Part shown: piece after piece, positions 10,228 through 18,987 of the stretch
Numbering within the stretch: the stretch's first letter is position 1
How the letters are laid out: the number at the start of each line of letters is the position of its first letter
Source: a virus
Lineage: Duplodnaviria; Caudoviricetes
Direction: 5' to 3' (one strand)
DNA length: 56,261 bases
Virus record (IMG/VR): IMGVR_UViG_3300012953_006616
Span: 1-56,261 of that record
Notes under the pieces: model-generated
Seen by the model: the letters and a program-made list of their open reading frames with translations, nothing else
Told to the model about the DNA's origin: nothing
Database searches by the model: none
Translations under genes and position numbers: made by a program

Positions 10228-10569
10228 TTATAATGCCTCTTCTATTTCTTCATTGAGTATATTGTTTGTTCTATCTTCTATAGCGGCTATAGAAGACCAA
10301 GCCATATAGAATGATGCTAATTCTCTTAGCTCTTTATCAGGATTTTCTTGAGCAGACAAGGTTTTAAATGTTTTGGTAGCAGCAATATGTGCTATGCCTG
10401 CATTTTGTCCAGCTCTTTTCAGTACTTGTCTATATTGTTTTTCGAGTCTTTTCCACTTGCCTAGTCCAAGAGAATCTTGCTTTGTTGAAAGGGATAAATA
10501 TTTCTGAGCTTTGAAAGCCATTATAAATGAATACCAAAATATTTTAATTCTAGCAAAAAATATTTTCAT
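10228..10569 (-). CDS. Hypothetical protein
   Basis: AGGAGG Shine-Dalgarno upstream of ATG. Confidence 0.7.
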   Translation of the reverse strand: MKIFFARIKIFWYSFIMAFKAQKYLSLSTKQDSLGLGKWKRLEKQYRQVLKRAGQNAGIAHIAATKTFKTLSAQENPDKELRELASFYMAWSSIAAIEDRTNNILNEEIEEAL

Positions 10570-10586
10570 TTTGTTTCCTCCTAAGG

Positions 10587-10612
10587 AAAACCCCCACCCC
10601 GAAGGGTGGGGG
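10587..10612 (-). terminator. Intrinsic terminator after the fibre-like gene
   Basis: CCCCCACCC-TTCG-GGGTGGGGG followed by TTTT on the minus strand. Confidence 0.85.
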
Positions 10613-10657
10613 CTAAACTAATTATATTCTATGAATAGTATTTAGTCTATTTAATTA

Positions 10658-12034
10658 TTATGCGTCTGAACCGCGAAGCTGTAGTTTTTCTGAACCGTCT
10701 AAAGCGAACTCCATAACGATTATTGAACCTTCTGAGTTTTCTTTCCAGTACCAGTCTCTAGCATCGTTTTGTGCACTTTGCACAAGAAGGACACCATCAA
10801 GGAATACTTGCACATCAGCATCAGCAGTTTTAACAGCGTTTCCACCAATGGTGAATTCGTTGTTAGAGCCATCTGAAGCAATCCAGTGCTTAACGCGCTG
10901 AACTTGGTGAAGCGCATCTTTAACATCTTGAGACAAGTAGTCCAAGCTGTCGATAGCACCATCAGCAATCATTCTGCTGATAACCATATCGTTGGCACAC
11001 TGAGCTGAATCGACACCAAGATCAGTGATCTTGAGACCGGAAGCAGCTTTAGTCATTGTTGAACCATCAAGCTCAAGAGAGAACTGACCGGCATTGCTCA
11101 TTTCTAAGCCTTGACCATCAGCGGTCAAGTAAGACTGAACGCGAGCGTCGGTGTAGTAAAGGTTAGAACCTTCAGAAAGGTCACCAGTGTCTACAGCTGT
11201 AAGACAGCCAGCTTCTAGTTTGACTCTAGCTTTAAGCTGATCTTTGTCAAGAACTTCAGCGCTATCGATAAAGAGGCCTGCACCGGCACCTTTAATTTCA
11301 AGAGAAGTTGAAGATTCCCAACGTAGCCCAGCATTCAATTTCATTGAAGCTAAGTCGTCGCCAATTTCGATACCTTGACCAGCTGCAAGAGCGTTAGCTC
11401 CCTTAGCAACTCTAACAAGAACATCTTCTACTTCAAGTGTAGAGGTGTTCATTATTACATTGTCGCCCATCACTGTTAAGTTACCAGTGATAGTAACATC
11501 GTCAGGAAGACCGATAGCACCAGTATTTGCGTCAAAGGTACACTCGTTAGCAGTTCCAGAAAGGTGAGCACGAACCTCAGCAGAGGAAGGACCAGTGTAA
11601 GTGATTACACCAGTAGAAGCATTGTAAGCGCAGCTTCCGTCACCACCAGCATCTGTTACAGATACTTGAGCGCGAATCTCATCAGCACCTAAACCATTGA
11701 AGGTGAAAACACCATCTTGATATGCAAGTGTTGAAAGGGCATCTGCATCGCTTTGACTCACTGAGAAGTGAGCACGAACTTCAGCAGCGCTTGGCCCGGT
11801 GTAGGTGAAAACACCTGTACCAGAGTTGTAGCTAAAGCTTCCGTCACCACCTGAATCTACGTGGGATACTTCACCACGAATTTCAGCAGAAGTAACACCT
11901 GTCAAAGAAATTTGACCAGCGTCACTTACGGCAATTGTACCGAAGTTTGCATCATTGGATGCGGTTAATGCAGCAAAGATACCGTCAGGTCCTGAGCTGT
12001 TTATCATATATCTATTAATTGCACTTCTAGCCAT
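10658..12034 (-). CDS. Putative virion fibre/decoration protein with internal repeats
   Basis: Gly/Ser/Ala-rich; repeats of GGDGSxxYNxxTGVxTYTGPSxAEVRAH; DLSEGSNLYYTDARV motif; strong SD; visibly higher GC. Confidence 0.7.
   Translation of the reverse strand: MARSAINRYMINSSGPDGIFAALTASNDANFGTIAVSDAGQISLTGVTSAEIRGEVSHVDSGGDGSFSYNSGTGVFTYTGPSAAEVRAHFSVSQSDADALSTLAYQDGVFTFNGLGADEIRAQVSVTDAGGDGSCAYNASTGVITYTGPSSAEVRAHLSGTANECTFDANTGAIGLPDDVTITGNLTVMGDNVIMNTSTLEVEDVLVRVAKGANALAAGQGIEIGDDLASMKLNAGLRWESSTSLEIKGAGAGLFIDSAEVLDKDQLKARVKLEAGCLTAVDTGDLSEGSNLYYTDARVQSYLTADGQGLEMSNAGQFSLELDGSTMTKAASGLKITDLGVDSAQCANDMVISRMIADGAIDSLDYLSQDVKDALHQVQRVKHWIASDGSNNEFTIGGNAVKTADADVQVFLDGVLLVQSAQNDARDWYWKENSEGSIIVMEFALDGSEKLQLRGSDA
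11560..11930 (-). repeat. 3-4 degenerate ~34-aa coding repeats (approximate bounds)
   Basis: ..TSAEIRGEVS / HVDSGGDGSFSYNSGTGVFTYTGPSAAEVRAHFS / ..GVFTFNGLGADEIRAQVS / VTDAGGDGSCAYNASTGVITYTGPSSAEVRAHLS. Confidence 0.8.
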
Positions 12035-12079
12035 AATATATATCTCCTATATTTATGTTTGTTTTGTTGGTTGGTTAAA

Positions 12080-12098
12080 CTGGTAAATAATTTACCAG
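12080..12098. promoter_or_regulatory. Inverted repeat, candidate operator upstream of the fibre-like gene
   Basis: CTGGTAAAT-A-ATTTACCAG, perfect 9-bp arms. Confidence 0.35.
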
Positions 12099-12121
12099 AA
12101 TTTACAAGCTTTAACTGAAGT

Positions 12122-12412
12122 CTATGCTTCAGAATATAAAGCTTGAAGCGTTTCGGAATCTTCTAAAGTGTAACTAAATTTTATTGTATTATTTTCAATA
12201 ATATAGTCTTCAGTTATTCCTTCTAATCTTGTGGTGCCGTCTACAATGACAATAACATTGTCATTGGCTGGTATTGGATTTAATATAAATTCACTGGTAG
12301 AACCGTCTACACTAGATGTAAGGTCATGCAATACCATTGGATTGCCTTGTAAATACTTTTGAGGCGGGTACTTCCTATACGGAGACACACCTATAGACCC
12401 AATCTTTTTCAT
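12122..12412 (-). CDS. Small beta-rich protein, probably virion-associated
   Basis: VDGSTSEF..VIVDG..EDY..NTIKF; same pattern as the C-termini of 9231-10226 and 10658-12034. Confidence 0.6.
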   Translation of the reverse strand: MKKIGSIGVSPYRKYPPQKYLQGNPMVLHDLTSSVDGSTSEFILNPIPANDNVIVIVDGTTRLEGITEDYIIENNTIKFSYTLEDSETLQALYSEA

Positions 12413-12439
12413 ATCGTAGACTCCCCAGTCATGGTACCC

Positions 12440-12448
12440 ATTATAGCA
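12440..12448 (-). promoter_or_regulatory. Extended -10 promoter element
   Basis: TGCTATAAT (TGnTATAAT) upstream of the GGGGAG SD of the gene starting at 12412. Confidence 0.5.
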
Positions 12449-12457
12449 GACACATCT

Positions 12458-12868
12458 CTATCGCGCAAGCTGGATATCAACTCTGACCCATACAACATTT
12501 GTATCTCCTTGGTCTGCTTTTAATCTTAAGTAAATGGTACCCTTGTTGCCAGTTCCTTCTGCATCAACAAGATCATAATATATTTCTTCTTCGGAATCTA
12601 GTCTATCATTTTCTACATCGATATCTGCATATTCCACTACAGTATAACGTGAATCGCCACCAGAGTCTTCGGCTATAACAAAGTCTAGAGAAGTAGCTTC
12701 CCCAGATATTAATATAGCTCTGACTCTAGTGACAATTCCTTCGCCTGGCACATCTACTGCAGACGTTTCAGTCCAGGTATCATTTGCGCTGCAGTTAGCA
12801 ACGACTTTAAAATACACTGGTATTGATTCTTTTTTAGATGCTCTCGATGTGTATATTCTTGCTGACAC
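12458..12868 (-). CDS. Hypothetical beta-rich protein
   Basis: GTG start behind AAGGGAG; overlaps the IntN tail by 35 nt. Confidence 0.65.
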   Translation of the reverse strand: MSARIYTSRASKKESIPVYFKVVANCSANDTWTETSAVDVPGEGIVTRVRAILISGEATSLDFVIAEDSGGDSRYTVVEYADIDVENDRLDSEEEIYYDLVDAEGTGNKGTIYLRLKADQGDTNVVWVRVDIQLAR

Positions 12869-14438
12869 TTAAGCTCCCTTTTACTAATGATAATTCTTTT
12901 TCATATATTTCTGATATAGGAATCATACCTTTTTGAGTTAAAAATTTATGATCACTTGTGCAAGAAATCTTTATATTATTTTCTAAAGTATATTCGCTTA
13001 TACATTTTACACCGTTAGAGTGCCACTGTTCAATTTGTTGAAGATATAGATCTCCATTATCTGTCATCGATACAACAGTTGCTGGGACAGTATTATCTAC
13101 TAAGTATTGTATAGATACAAACCCTTCTTCAAGAGTATATACCATAGTATCACCTGCTAAACAATAGTCAGCAAAGCCTACTAGATCATCCCAAAGTGAT
13201 TCTGCAAAAGATTCTGGAACTTTATTCTTTCTAGAGCCTTGAATAAATAAAGCTCTATATTTATCTAGAACATCTTTTTTCTTTTTACCCATGGCTCTTC
13301 TAATATCGTCAGATTCTTTAAGGGAAAAGCCTGCCATTTTACAACATATTTCCATTACTTGTTCTTGATAAACAAGAGTGTAATGTGTTGGTTTTAATAC
13401 ATCTTCTATGATTGGAGGTATAGTATCTTCTGAGTAGCCATTGTTTTTATTTCTTATATATTTTGTGTGCAGTCCAGCTTGAATTGGTCCAGGTCTATTT
13501 AGAGCGGAGATATCGCTTAAGTCTTCAATAGAATTGGGAACAATTTTTTCAATTAATTTTCTAGCAGTTCCTGAAGTTTCCATTTGAAAAATTCCTGTCA
13601 GCAAACCATTGTTTAATATTTTGTAAGCATTATTGTCGCCATCTTCTACCGAAAACAAATCTAAATCTTCACCAGTTGTTTGCTTTATTAAAGATACTGC
13701 TTCCTTGAGAATTGATAAAGTATCAATAGATAAGAAATCAAATTTAATCAAGCCTAAAGATTCTACTTCATCTTTATCGTACTGAGTAATTCTTTCTGCT
13801 TTACTATTTTTCCATAAAGGAACTTCATCATGAATCGGGAAGTCAGATATAACTACACCAGCAGCATGTATACCAAAATTTGATACCATATTTTCAAGTT
13901 TAGATACAGCATTATAAAATTCTTCATAGTCTTTTATTTCTGGATGTAACTCTAATATTTCTGAGAAGGTTGCTTCTCTTCCATATTTGGGAGGTGGTAT
14001 CATTTTTAATATCTTAGATAACTCAGTTGTATCCCCTTCGGTAACTCTATAGAAAGATCTTGCTAATGATTTGGGTTTAAATGTTCCATGTGTAATAATG
14101 TTTGCAACATTATCTCTGCCCCATTTTTCTACCACCCAGTCAATAGCTTTTTCTCTTTCGGTAGCATCAAAATCTATATCTATATCTGGTGGACTGCCGC
14201 CATATGTATCTGAGCGAGCTTTATCAAAATCAAACTCATCACTAATGCCAGTTATATATAGCAAGATAGAATTGTATGGATTATCTAGCTTGCTTTGAAG
14301 CTTGCTTTCATTGCATAATAGATTATATATTATTTGCAAATCTTGAGAAGAGCAAGTATCTTCTTCATAATTTAAGAAATCGTTATCAACTTGAGACAAA
14401 CGATTTTCTATATAATAATTTTTTATTGAGTTTATCAT
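12834..14438 (-). CDS. dnaE: DNA polymerase III alpha, middle fragment (catalytic palm, thumb, fingers) ending in the N-half of a split intein
   Basis: PDIDIDFD, GIHAAGVVI, GLIKFDFL, GIFQME, ALNRPGP, YQEQVM, IRRAMGKKK, FADY|CL. Confidence 0.95.
   Translation of the reverse strand: MINSIKNYYIENRLSQVDNDFLNYEEDTCSSQDLQIIYNLLCNESKLQSKLDNPYNSILLYITGISDEFDFDKARSDTYGGSPPDIDIDFDATEREKAIDWVVEKWGRDNVANIITHGTFKPKSLARSFYRVTEGDTTELSKILKMIPPPKYGREATFSEILELHPEIKDYEEFYNAVSKLENMVSNFGIHAAGVVISDFPIHDEVPLWKNSKAERITQYDKDEVESLGLIKFDFLSIDTLSILKEAVSLIKQTTGEDLDLFSVEDGDNNAYKILNNGLLTGIFQMETSGTARKLIEKIVPNSIEDLSDISALNRPGPIQAGLHTKYIRNKNNGYSEDTIPPIIEDVLKPTHYTLVYQEQVMEICCKMAGFSLKESDDIRRAMGKKKKDVLDKYRALFIQGSRKNKVPESFAESLWDDLVGFADYCLAGDTMVYTLEEGFVSIQYLVDNTVPATVVSMTDNGDLYLQQIEQWHSNGVKCISEYTLENNIKISCTSDHKFLTQKGMIPISEIYEKELSLVKGSLSVSKNIHIESI
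12837..13163 (-). mobile_element. Split intein N-fragment (IntN, 109 aa)
   Basis: CLAGDT (block A), QWHSNG, CTSDHKFLT (block B TxxH); no endonuclease domain; followed by a stop. Confidence 0.95.
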
Positions 14439-14456
14439 TTTTCACCGGAGATTATA

Positions 14457-14984
14457 ATGGGAACTGTATATTTAGATAGAATGGATAACCGTATTGATGG
14501 GATTAAAGAAATTTGGGCAGAAGAACTTGAAAGAACTTCACCGGATATTACTGGTTATGAAACCATCGGAAAAGTAAGTAGAAATGTATCAGTTTCTTCA
14601 AGAAGCTTATCCCTTGAGGATGTAGCAACTGGTACCAGAATTAATGTATTAGATATTTTAGGGAAAAAGGCAAGCAGAATTGCAATTTCTCTCAGTAGTA
14701 CAACCGATACAGTTGACTTATATATAAATCCAATCTCTTACAATCACAGACCAAATGAAACAGGTCCAAATGAAAAAGTATCTTTATGGCCTATATCTGG
14801 TACTGTTGCTACAACGGCGGATGGAGTATCCACTGTTGCTGGAACTTGTAATAGAGGTGTAAAAGTTAGCATTACCGATGTAGAAGAGTGGATATCAACT
14901 GAAGATCTTGGTGAAAACCATGTACCAATAGAAAGTGTATATGTTGATAATGTTTCTGGTACGGTAAATATTATAATCTTTTAA
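14457..14984 (+). CDS. Hypothetical protein lying antisense between dnaE fragments
   Basis: 175-aa ORF with GGAG SD; its stop overlaps the dnaE-N stop (TTAA). Confidence 0.7.
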   Translation: MGTVYLDRMDNRIDGIKEIWAEELERTSPDITGYETIGKVSRNVSVSSRSLSLEDVATGTRINVLDILGKKASRIAISLSSTTDTVDLYINPISYNHRPNETGPNEKVSLWPISGTVATTADGVSTVAGTCNRGVKVSITDVEEWISTEDLGENHVPIESVYVDNVSGTVNIIIF

Positions 14985-16270
14985 TGTGAATGTTGACATT
15001 CTACTTTAGGTGGAGGATTGTCTAGCTGCTCCCTCATATCTTCTGAAAAGATTTTAGGAATAGCTGATCTGCCAGAGTTTAGAAATCTTTCAAAGATTAA
15101 TCCATATTTAATAGGATCAACTTTGGTAATATCTAACGCATAGGCAACAAGAGAACCTGCTGCACTACCTCTGCCTGGTCCAACCCAAACGCCTTCATCT
15201 CTTGCACCATCTAAGAATTGCCATACTATAAGCATGTAGTCTGAAAAGCCCATCTTCTTAATAATATTTAATTCATGGTTTAGTCTTTCTTTATATATAT
15301 CTGGTGGCATACCATTGAATTTTGTAAACAAGTTTTGCTTCGTTACTCTTTCCAAGGCATCCCAAGAATTTAATCCTTCTGGTAAGTCTAAAAATTTTGG
15401 ATAGCGGTTTATCCTATCTTTAAAATAGCTTTTATCATCTACCATTTCAGCAAGTGATACAGTATTAGAGATACCATCATAGGGTAATCCCAGGCGGTTA
15501 GCTGTGGCCCACATCCAATCATGATTCGCGACATGTACATCTATTTCTCCAAATGTAAATCTTTTCTCATCGCTTAATACTGATTTAGTTTGCATGCATA
15601 AAGCAGCTTCATGCAATTGCTTATCAAGCGAATGAGTATAGTGGCAATCGTTAGTAATAACTATTGGTATATTTTTTCTTAAAGATATTTCTGTTAAAAC
15701 AGAATTAACTTTTCGCTGTTCTTCTTCTTCATGCAATTGGAGTTCAATTAAAAATCTATCACCAAATAAACTTTTATGATGATCCAAAAGTTTTTCTGCT
15801 TCCACTTTTCTATTGTTTAATATTAACTGTGATATTCTAGATCCTAGGCATGCTGTTGTTGCACATATGCCTTCACTATATTGACCTATTAAATAGTCGT
15901 CTATTCTAGGCTTTCTATACATACCCTCAGTATAAGAGTATGATGATAATTTAAATAAGTTGCGCAATCCTGTATCATTCAATGCAATCAATATTAAATG
16001 ATAGTAAGAGTTATCTAGATCGTCCACTTCTCTTACAGTTCTATCATTGACAGTATAATAGGCTTCCATTCCTATTATAGGTTTTATCTCGGCTTGCCTA
16101 CAACTCTTATAAAATTTATATGAGCCGCTAACGTTTCCGTGATCTGTTATAGCAAGGGCACGCTGCCCAAGTCCTGATATGTACTCAGGCAGCGTTTTAA
16201 CCCTATTTATACCGTCTAATAAACTGTATTCTGTGTGAACATGAAGGTGAACGAAGTCTTTACTAGACAT
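14981..16270 (-). CDS. dnaE: DNA polymerase III alpha, N-terminal fragment (PHP domain + start of palm)
   Basis: HLHVHTEYSLLDG, AITDHG, KPIIGMEAY, TNDCHY, GPGRGSAAGSLVAY, FERFLN; ends before the PDxD motif. Confidence 0.95.
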   Translation of the reverse strand: MSSKDFVHLHVHTEYSLLDGINRVKTLPEYISGLGQRALAITDHGNVSGSYKFYKSCRQAEIKPIIGMEAYYTVNDRTVREVDDLDNSYYHLILIALNDTGLRNLFKLSSYSYTEGMYRKPRIDDYLIGQYSEGICATTACLGSRISQLILNNRKVEAEKLLDHHKSLFGDRFLIELQLHEEEEQRKVNSVLTEISLRKNIPIVITNDCHYTHSLDKQLHEAALCMQTKSVLSDEKRFTFGEIDVHVANHDWMWATANRLGLPYDGISNTVSLAEMVDDKSYFKDRINRYPKFLDLPEGLNSWDALERVTKQNLFTKFNGMPPDIYKERLNHELNIIKKMGFSDYMLIVWQFLDGARDEGVWVGPGRGSAAGSLVAYALDITKVDPIKYGLIFERFLNSGRSAIPKIFSEDMREQLDNPPPKVECQHSH

Positions 16271-16285
16271 TTTGTTTCCTTTTGT

Positions 16286-16501
16286 TTATAAGTTTGAGAC
16301 GCATTCCTTGCAGTATAATCCTACGTATTTGACTGGCCAAGACATTTCTGCCATGCCATCATGTGTGCTTAATTCTTCAACAGAATAAGGCCATCTGCAT
16401 TCACGGCATAAGCCGTAGCTATGCATCAACACATATTTGCCTTGATCTGTTATTTTTTCTAGATCCATTCCAGTTTTCGTGCATGTAATATACTGTGGCA
16501 T
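16286..16501 (-). CDS. Small Cys-rich (probable zinc-binding) protein
   Basis: CRECR and CKEC; likely start MPQYITC at 16501 (track start 16654 overlaps recA). Confidence 0.55.
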   Translation of the reverse strand: MPQYITCTKTGMDLEKITDQGKYVLMHSYGLCRECRWPYSVEELSTHDGMAEMSWPVKYVGLYCKECVSNL

Positions 16502-16526
16502 AGCCTGTATTTCTTCTTCTATTTCT

Positions 16527-17585
16527 TCAAGAAGCTGCTGTTTCTTCGCTTCTAGTTTCTGCTTCTTCTCTTTCAACTCCAGATAAATCATAGCATGCTT
16601 TTCGCAATCTGTCGTATTCTTCTGGGTTTTCTGTAAGGTGTGTTCTTGCTCCAAGTTTTCCTCCGCTACACATAGTTATTTCTTCTTGGTCTGGTAAGCT
16701 TAGCTTAACTGCAGACCCTGCAAATCTTAATAATCCAATATCTTTTGCAAAATTTATTGTATCTTGACGTTGGTCAACGCCTCTACCGCATATAAAATCA
16801 AATTCTGCAGCTCTTTTCAGAGCCGGAGCCATTTTATTTTTCTTTACTCTTACCGTCATAGCCAGAGTGTCTGACTGCTCTTTTGAAGGTTTTGAAGATA
16901 CTCTAAGCCTTACAGAGGAGTAGAATGGTAAAGCATTGCCGCCGCTGGTGGTTTCTGGATTGCCATACATTACGCCAATTTTCATTCTAATTTGATTAAT
17001 AAATATATAGCAGACTTTATTATCGACACAAACTTTAGATATAGATCTCATTGCTTTTGACATGACTCTTGGCAAATCGCCAACACCCATCTCATTCATT
17101 TGTCTTTTAGTTTCTTTTTCAGCTTGAGCGGCATCGATTGAATCAAATACAACCATACCCACTTGACCGCTTTTACCTAAATCTACTGCTATCTGAAGAG
17201 CTTCTTCAGCTGTATCAGGGTAAGCAAATATAACTTTGCTTGCATCTATACCCATACTTGCTACTATATCTATACCTGTGGTTCTTTCTAAGTCTATAAA
17301 TACTGGTGGTCTGTCGTACCCTCTAGTGGTTACGTATTGTTTTACAAATTGTAGAGCTAGAGATGTCTTGCCTGCAGAAGGCTCGCCATATATTTCTATT
17401 ACCCTATCGTCAGGTATACCACCTATACCTAACTGACAATCTAGTGAAAGGCTTCCAGTTGGAATTGGGTTTGCGCTACAGATCCGAGGACCTAGAGATA
17501 GTATCTCTTTCCCTCCAAATTTCTTAGATAAAGAATTTGCTATAAGATCTATTTCTGCAATGCCTGTAACTTTCTTTACTGCCAT
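16527..17585 (-). CDS. recA: RecA recombinase
   Basis: IPTGSLSLD, EIYGEPSAGKT, FINQIRMKIGVMYGNPETTSGGNALPFYSSVRL, KNKMAP. Confidence 0.96.
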   Translation of the reverse strand: MAVKKVTGIAEIDLIANSLSKKFGGKEILSLGPRICSANPIPTGSLSLDCQLGIGGIPDDRVIEIYGEPSAGKTSLALQFVKQYVTTRGYDRPPVFIDLERTTGIDIVASMGIDASKVIFAYPDTAEEALQIAVDLGKSGQVGMVVFDSIDAAQAEKETKRQMNEMGVGDLPRVMSKAMRSISKVCVDNKVCYIFINQIRMKIGVMYGNPETTSGGNALPFYSSVRLRVSSKPSKEQSDTLAMTVRVKKNKMAPALKRAAEFDFICGRGVDQRQDTINFAKDIGLLRFAGSAVKLSLPDQEEITMCSGGKLGARTHLTENPEEYDRLRKACYDLSGVEREEAETRSEETAAS

Positions 17586-17599
17586 GGTTTCTCCATTAT

Positions 17600-17962
17600 T
17601 CAGTCTTCAGGTGGGTAAAGCTTTTGCTCTCCATCTGAAAAAGTTATTATAGTTTTATTTGTTGGATGAGGTAAGATATGAACTTTTAAAAAGTCTTCCA
17701 TAGTGTCAAACAGAGCTATCCCTCCTCTTGGGGGCGGGTAAAGCCAATGAACAATACATTGTCCTGTTGCCAATACAGCCCCTTCAATGACCACACCTTC
17801 ACCTGAAACGCCAGTTTCATCTTGTCTTCTACAAACTGTAAAAGTATCAATTCCTCTTGGCGCAAGTTTTGGCGGAGGCTTTGGAATTAAATCTGTTTGA
17901 TCTTTAGATTCTTCCTCTATATTTTCATCTTGTTTTTCATTTTTTGTTTTTTTAGAACTCAT
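17600..17962 (-). CDS. Hypothetical phage protein
   Basis: RRQDETGVSGEGVVIEG pattern; well-formed ORF. Confidence 0.7.
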   Translation of the reverse strand: MSSKKTKNEKQDENIEEESKDQTDLIPKPPPKLAPRGIDTFTVCRRQDETGVSGEGVVIEGAVLATGQCIVHWLYPPPRGGIALFDTMEDFLKVHILPHPTNKTIITFSDGEQKLYPPED

Positions 17963-17964
17963 GA

Positions 17965-18546
17965 TTACTCCATTGGAATCTGCTTTGAATTATTTTCAGC
18001 AATTTCCAATTCTTCTTTTTTTTGTTGTACTTTGTCTGGATTATATATTAAAAATTCTATTCTGCCTTCAGAGATGCAATCTCTTATTCTTCTCTGAACT
18101 TTGCTTAGGTTGCTCTTTCCTGTTTTGATATCTAAAAATATTATCTTATCAATAGTATCTGACTCACCATCTGTTATATCTGATAAGCCAGAAAATACAA
18201 TGTAATCAATCGGGTTGCCAAGGAATCTGTAGTCTTTTGGATTTAATTCTTCCATAAGAAAAGGGGCTATCTGCTCTGTAGCTTGGCCTCGCAAGATACT
18301 TCTAGATCGCTTATTTGCGTCTTTTCTTATTTCTTTTTCCGTATTTATACGCCAAGATTTATACAACTCTTTGTAGTATAATTCTGTAGTTTCCTTGACT
18401 AATTGATTTTCTTCTTGGATTATGCTAAGTTTTAGCAATAAGTTGGCTTTTTCTTTTCTTTCTATTATTATCTTTTGATATAATGTGTATAGCTGTACTA
18501 TTGCCAACAACAGTAGCACTGTAAGCGCTATTGCTAGCGAGGTCAT
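17965..18546 (-). CDS. Holliday-junction-resolvase-like endonuclease with N-terminal TM/coiled coil
   Basis: RSRSILRGQATEQIAPF..RFLGNPIDYIVF..FLDIKTGKSNLS..QRRIRD. Confidence 0.8.
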   Translation of the reverse strand: MTSLAIALTVLLLLAIVQLYTLYQKIIIERKEKANLLLKLSIIQEENQLVKETTELYYKELYKSWRINTEKEIRKDANKRSRSILRGQATEQIAPFLMEELNPKDYRFLGNPIDYIVFSGLSDITDGESDTIDKIIFLDIKTGKSNLSKVQRRIRDCISEGRIEFLIYNPDKVQQKKEELEIAENNSKQIPME

Positions 18547-18555
18547 TTTAGCTCC

Positions 18556-18987
18556 ATGTCTTTAAAAGTTTTAGTTACTGGAACGTTCAATATACTACAT
18601 CCAGGCCATGTGAGGCTATTGGAATTTGCTAGTAGATTTGGAAACGTAACAGTTGGTTTAAATTCAGATGATTATTTACATAAAAAATATGGTGAAAGTA
18701 ATACAATTCCACTTGTAGATAGAACATATGTATTAATGTCAAATAAATATGTTGAGAATGTATTAGTTTTTACAGAGGAAAATCCTTCTGATTTAATTTT
18801 AAAATTTAAACCTGATATTTATATAAAAGGTCCTGACTATAAGGGCTGCGAAATACCTGAGATTCATGCTCTAAATAGAGTTGATGCTCGATATATTGTT
18901 CAGCCAGACAGCAAGGAATATAATTCTTCTGATTTAATTAAAAATTTAGAACCAAAAGTATTGAAAAAATTAAAGAAATATATTTAA
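18556..18987 (+). CDS. Cytidylyl/adenylyltransferase (HldE C-domain / TagD-like)
   Basis: GTFNILHPGH, VGLNSD, KPDIYIKGPDY. Confidence 0.88.
   Translation: MSLKVLVTGTFNILHPGHVRLLEFASRFGNVTVGLNSDDYLHKKYGESNTIPLVDRTYVLMSNKYVENVLVFTEENPSDLILKFKPDIYIKGPDYKGCEIPEIHALNRVDARYIVQPDSKEYNSSDLIKNLEPKVLKKLKKYI

Noticed and set aside
14170-15080. Intein or group I/II intron at the first dnaE break
   Set aside because: No Cys/Ser-start or HN-end intein motifs; the gap is filled by an antisense ORF with no recognisable intron core.
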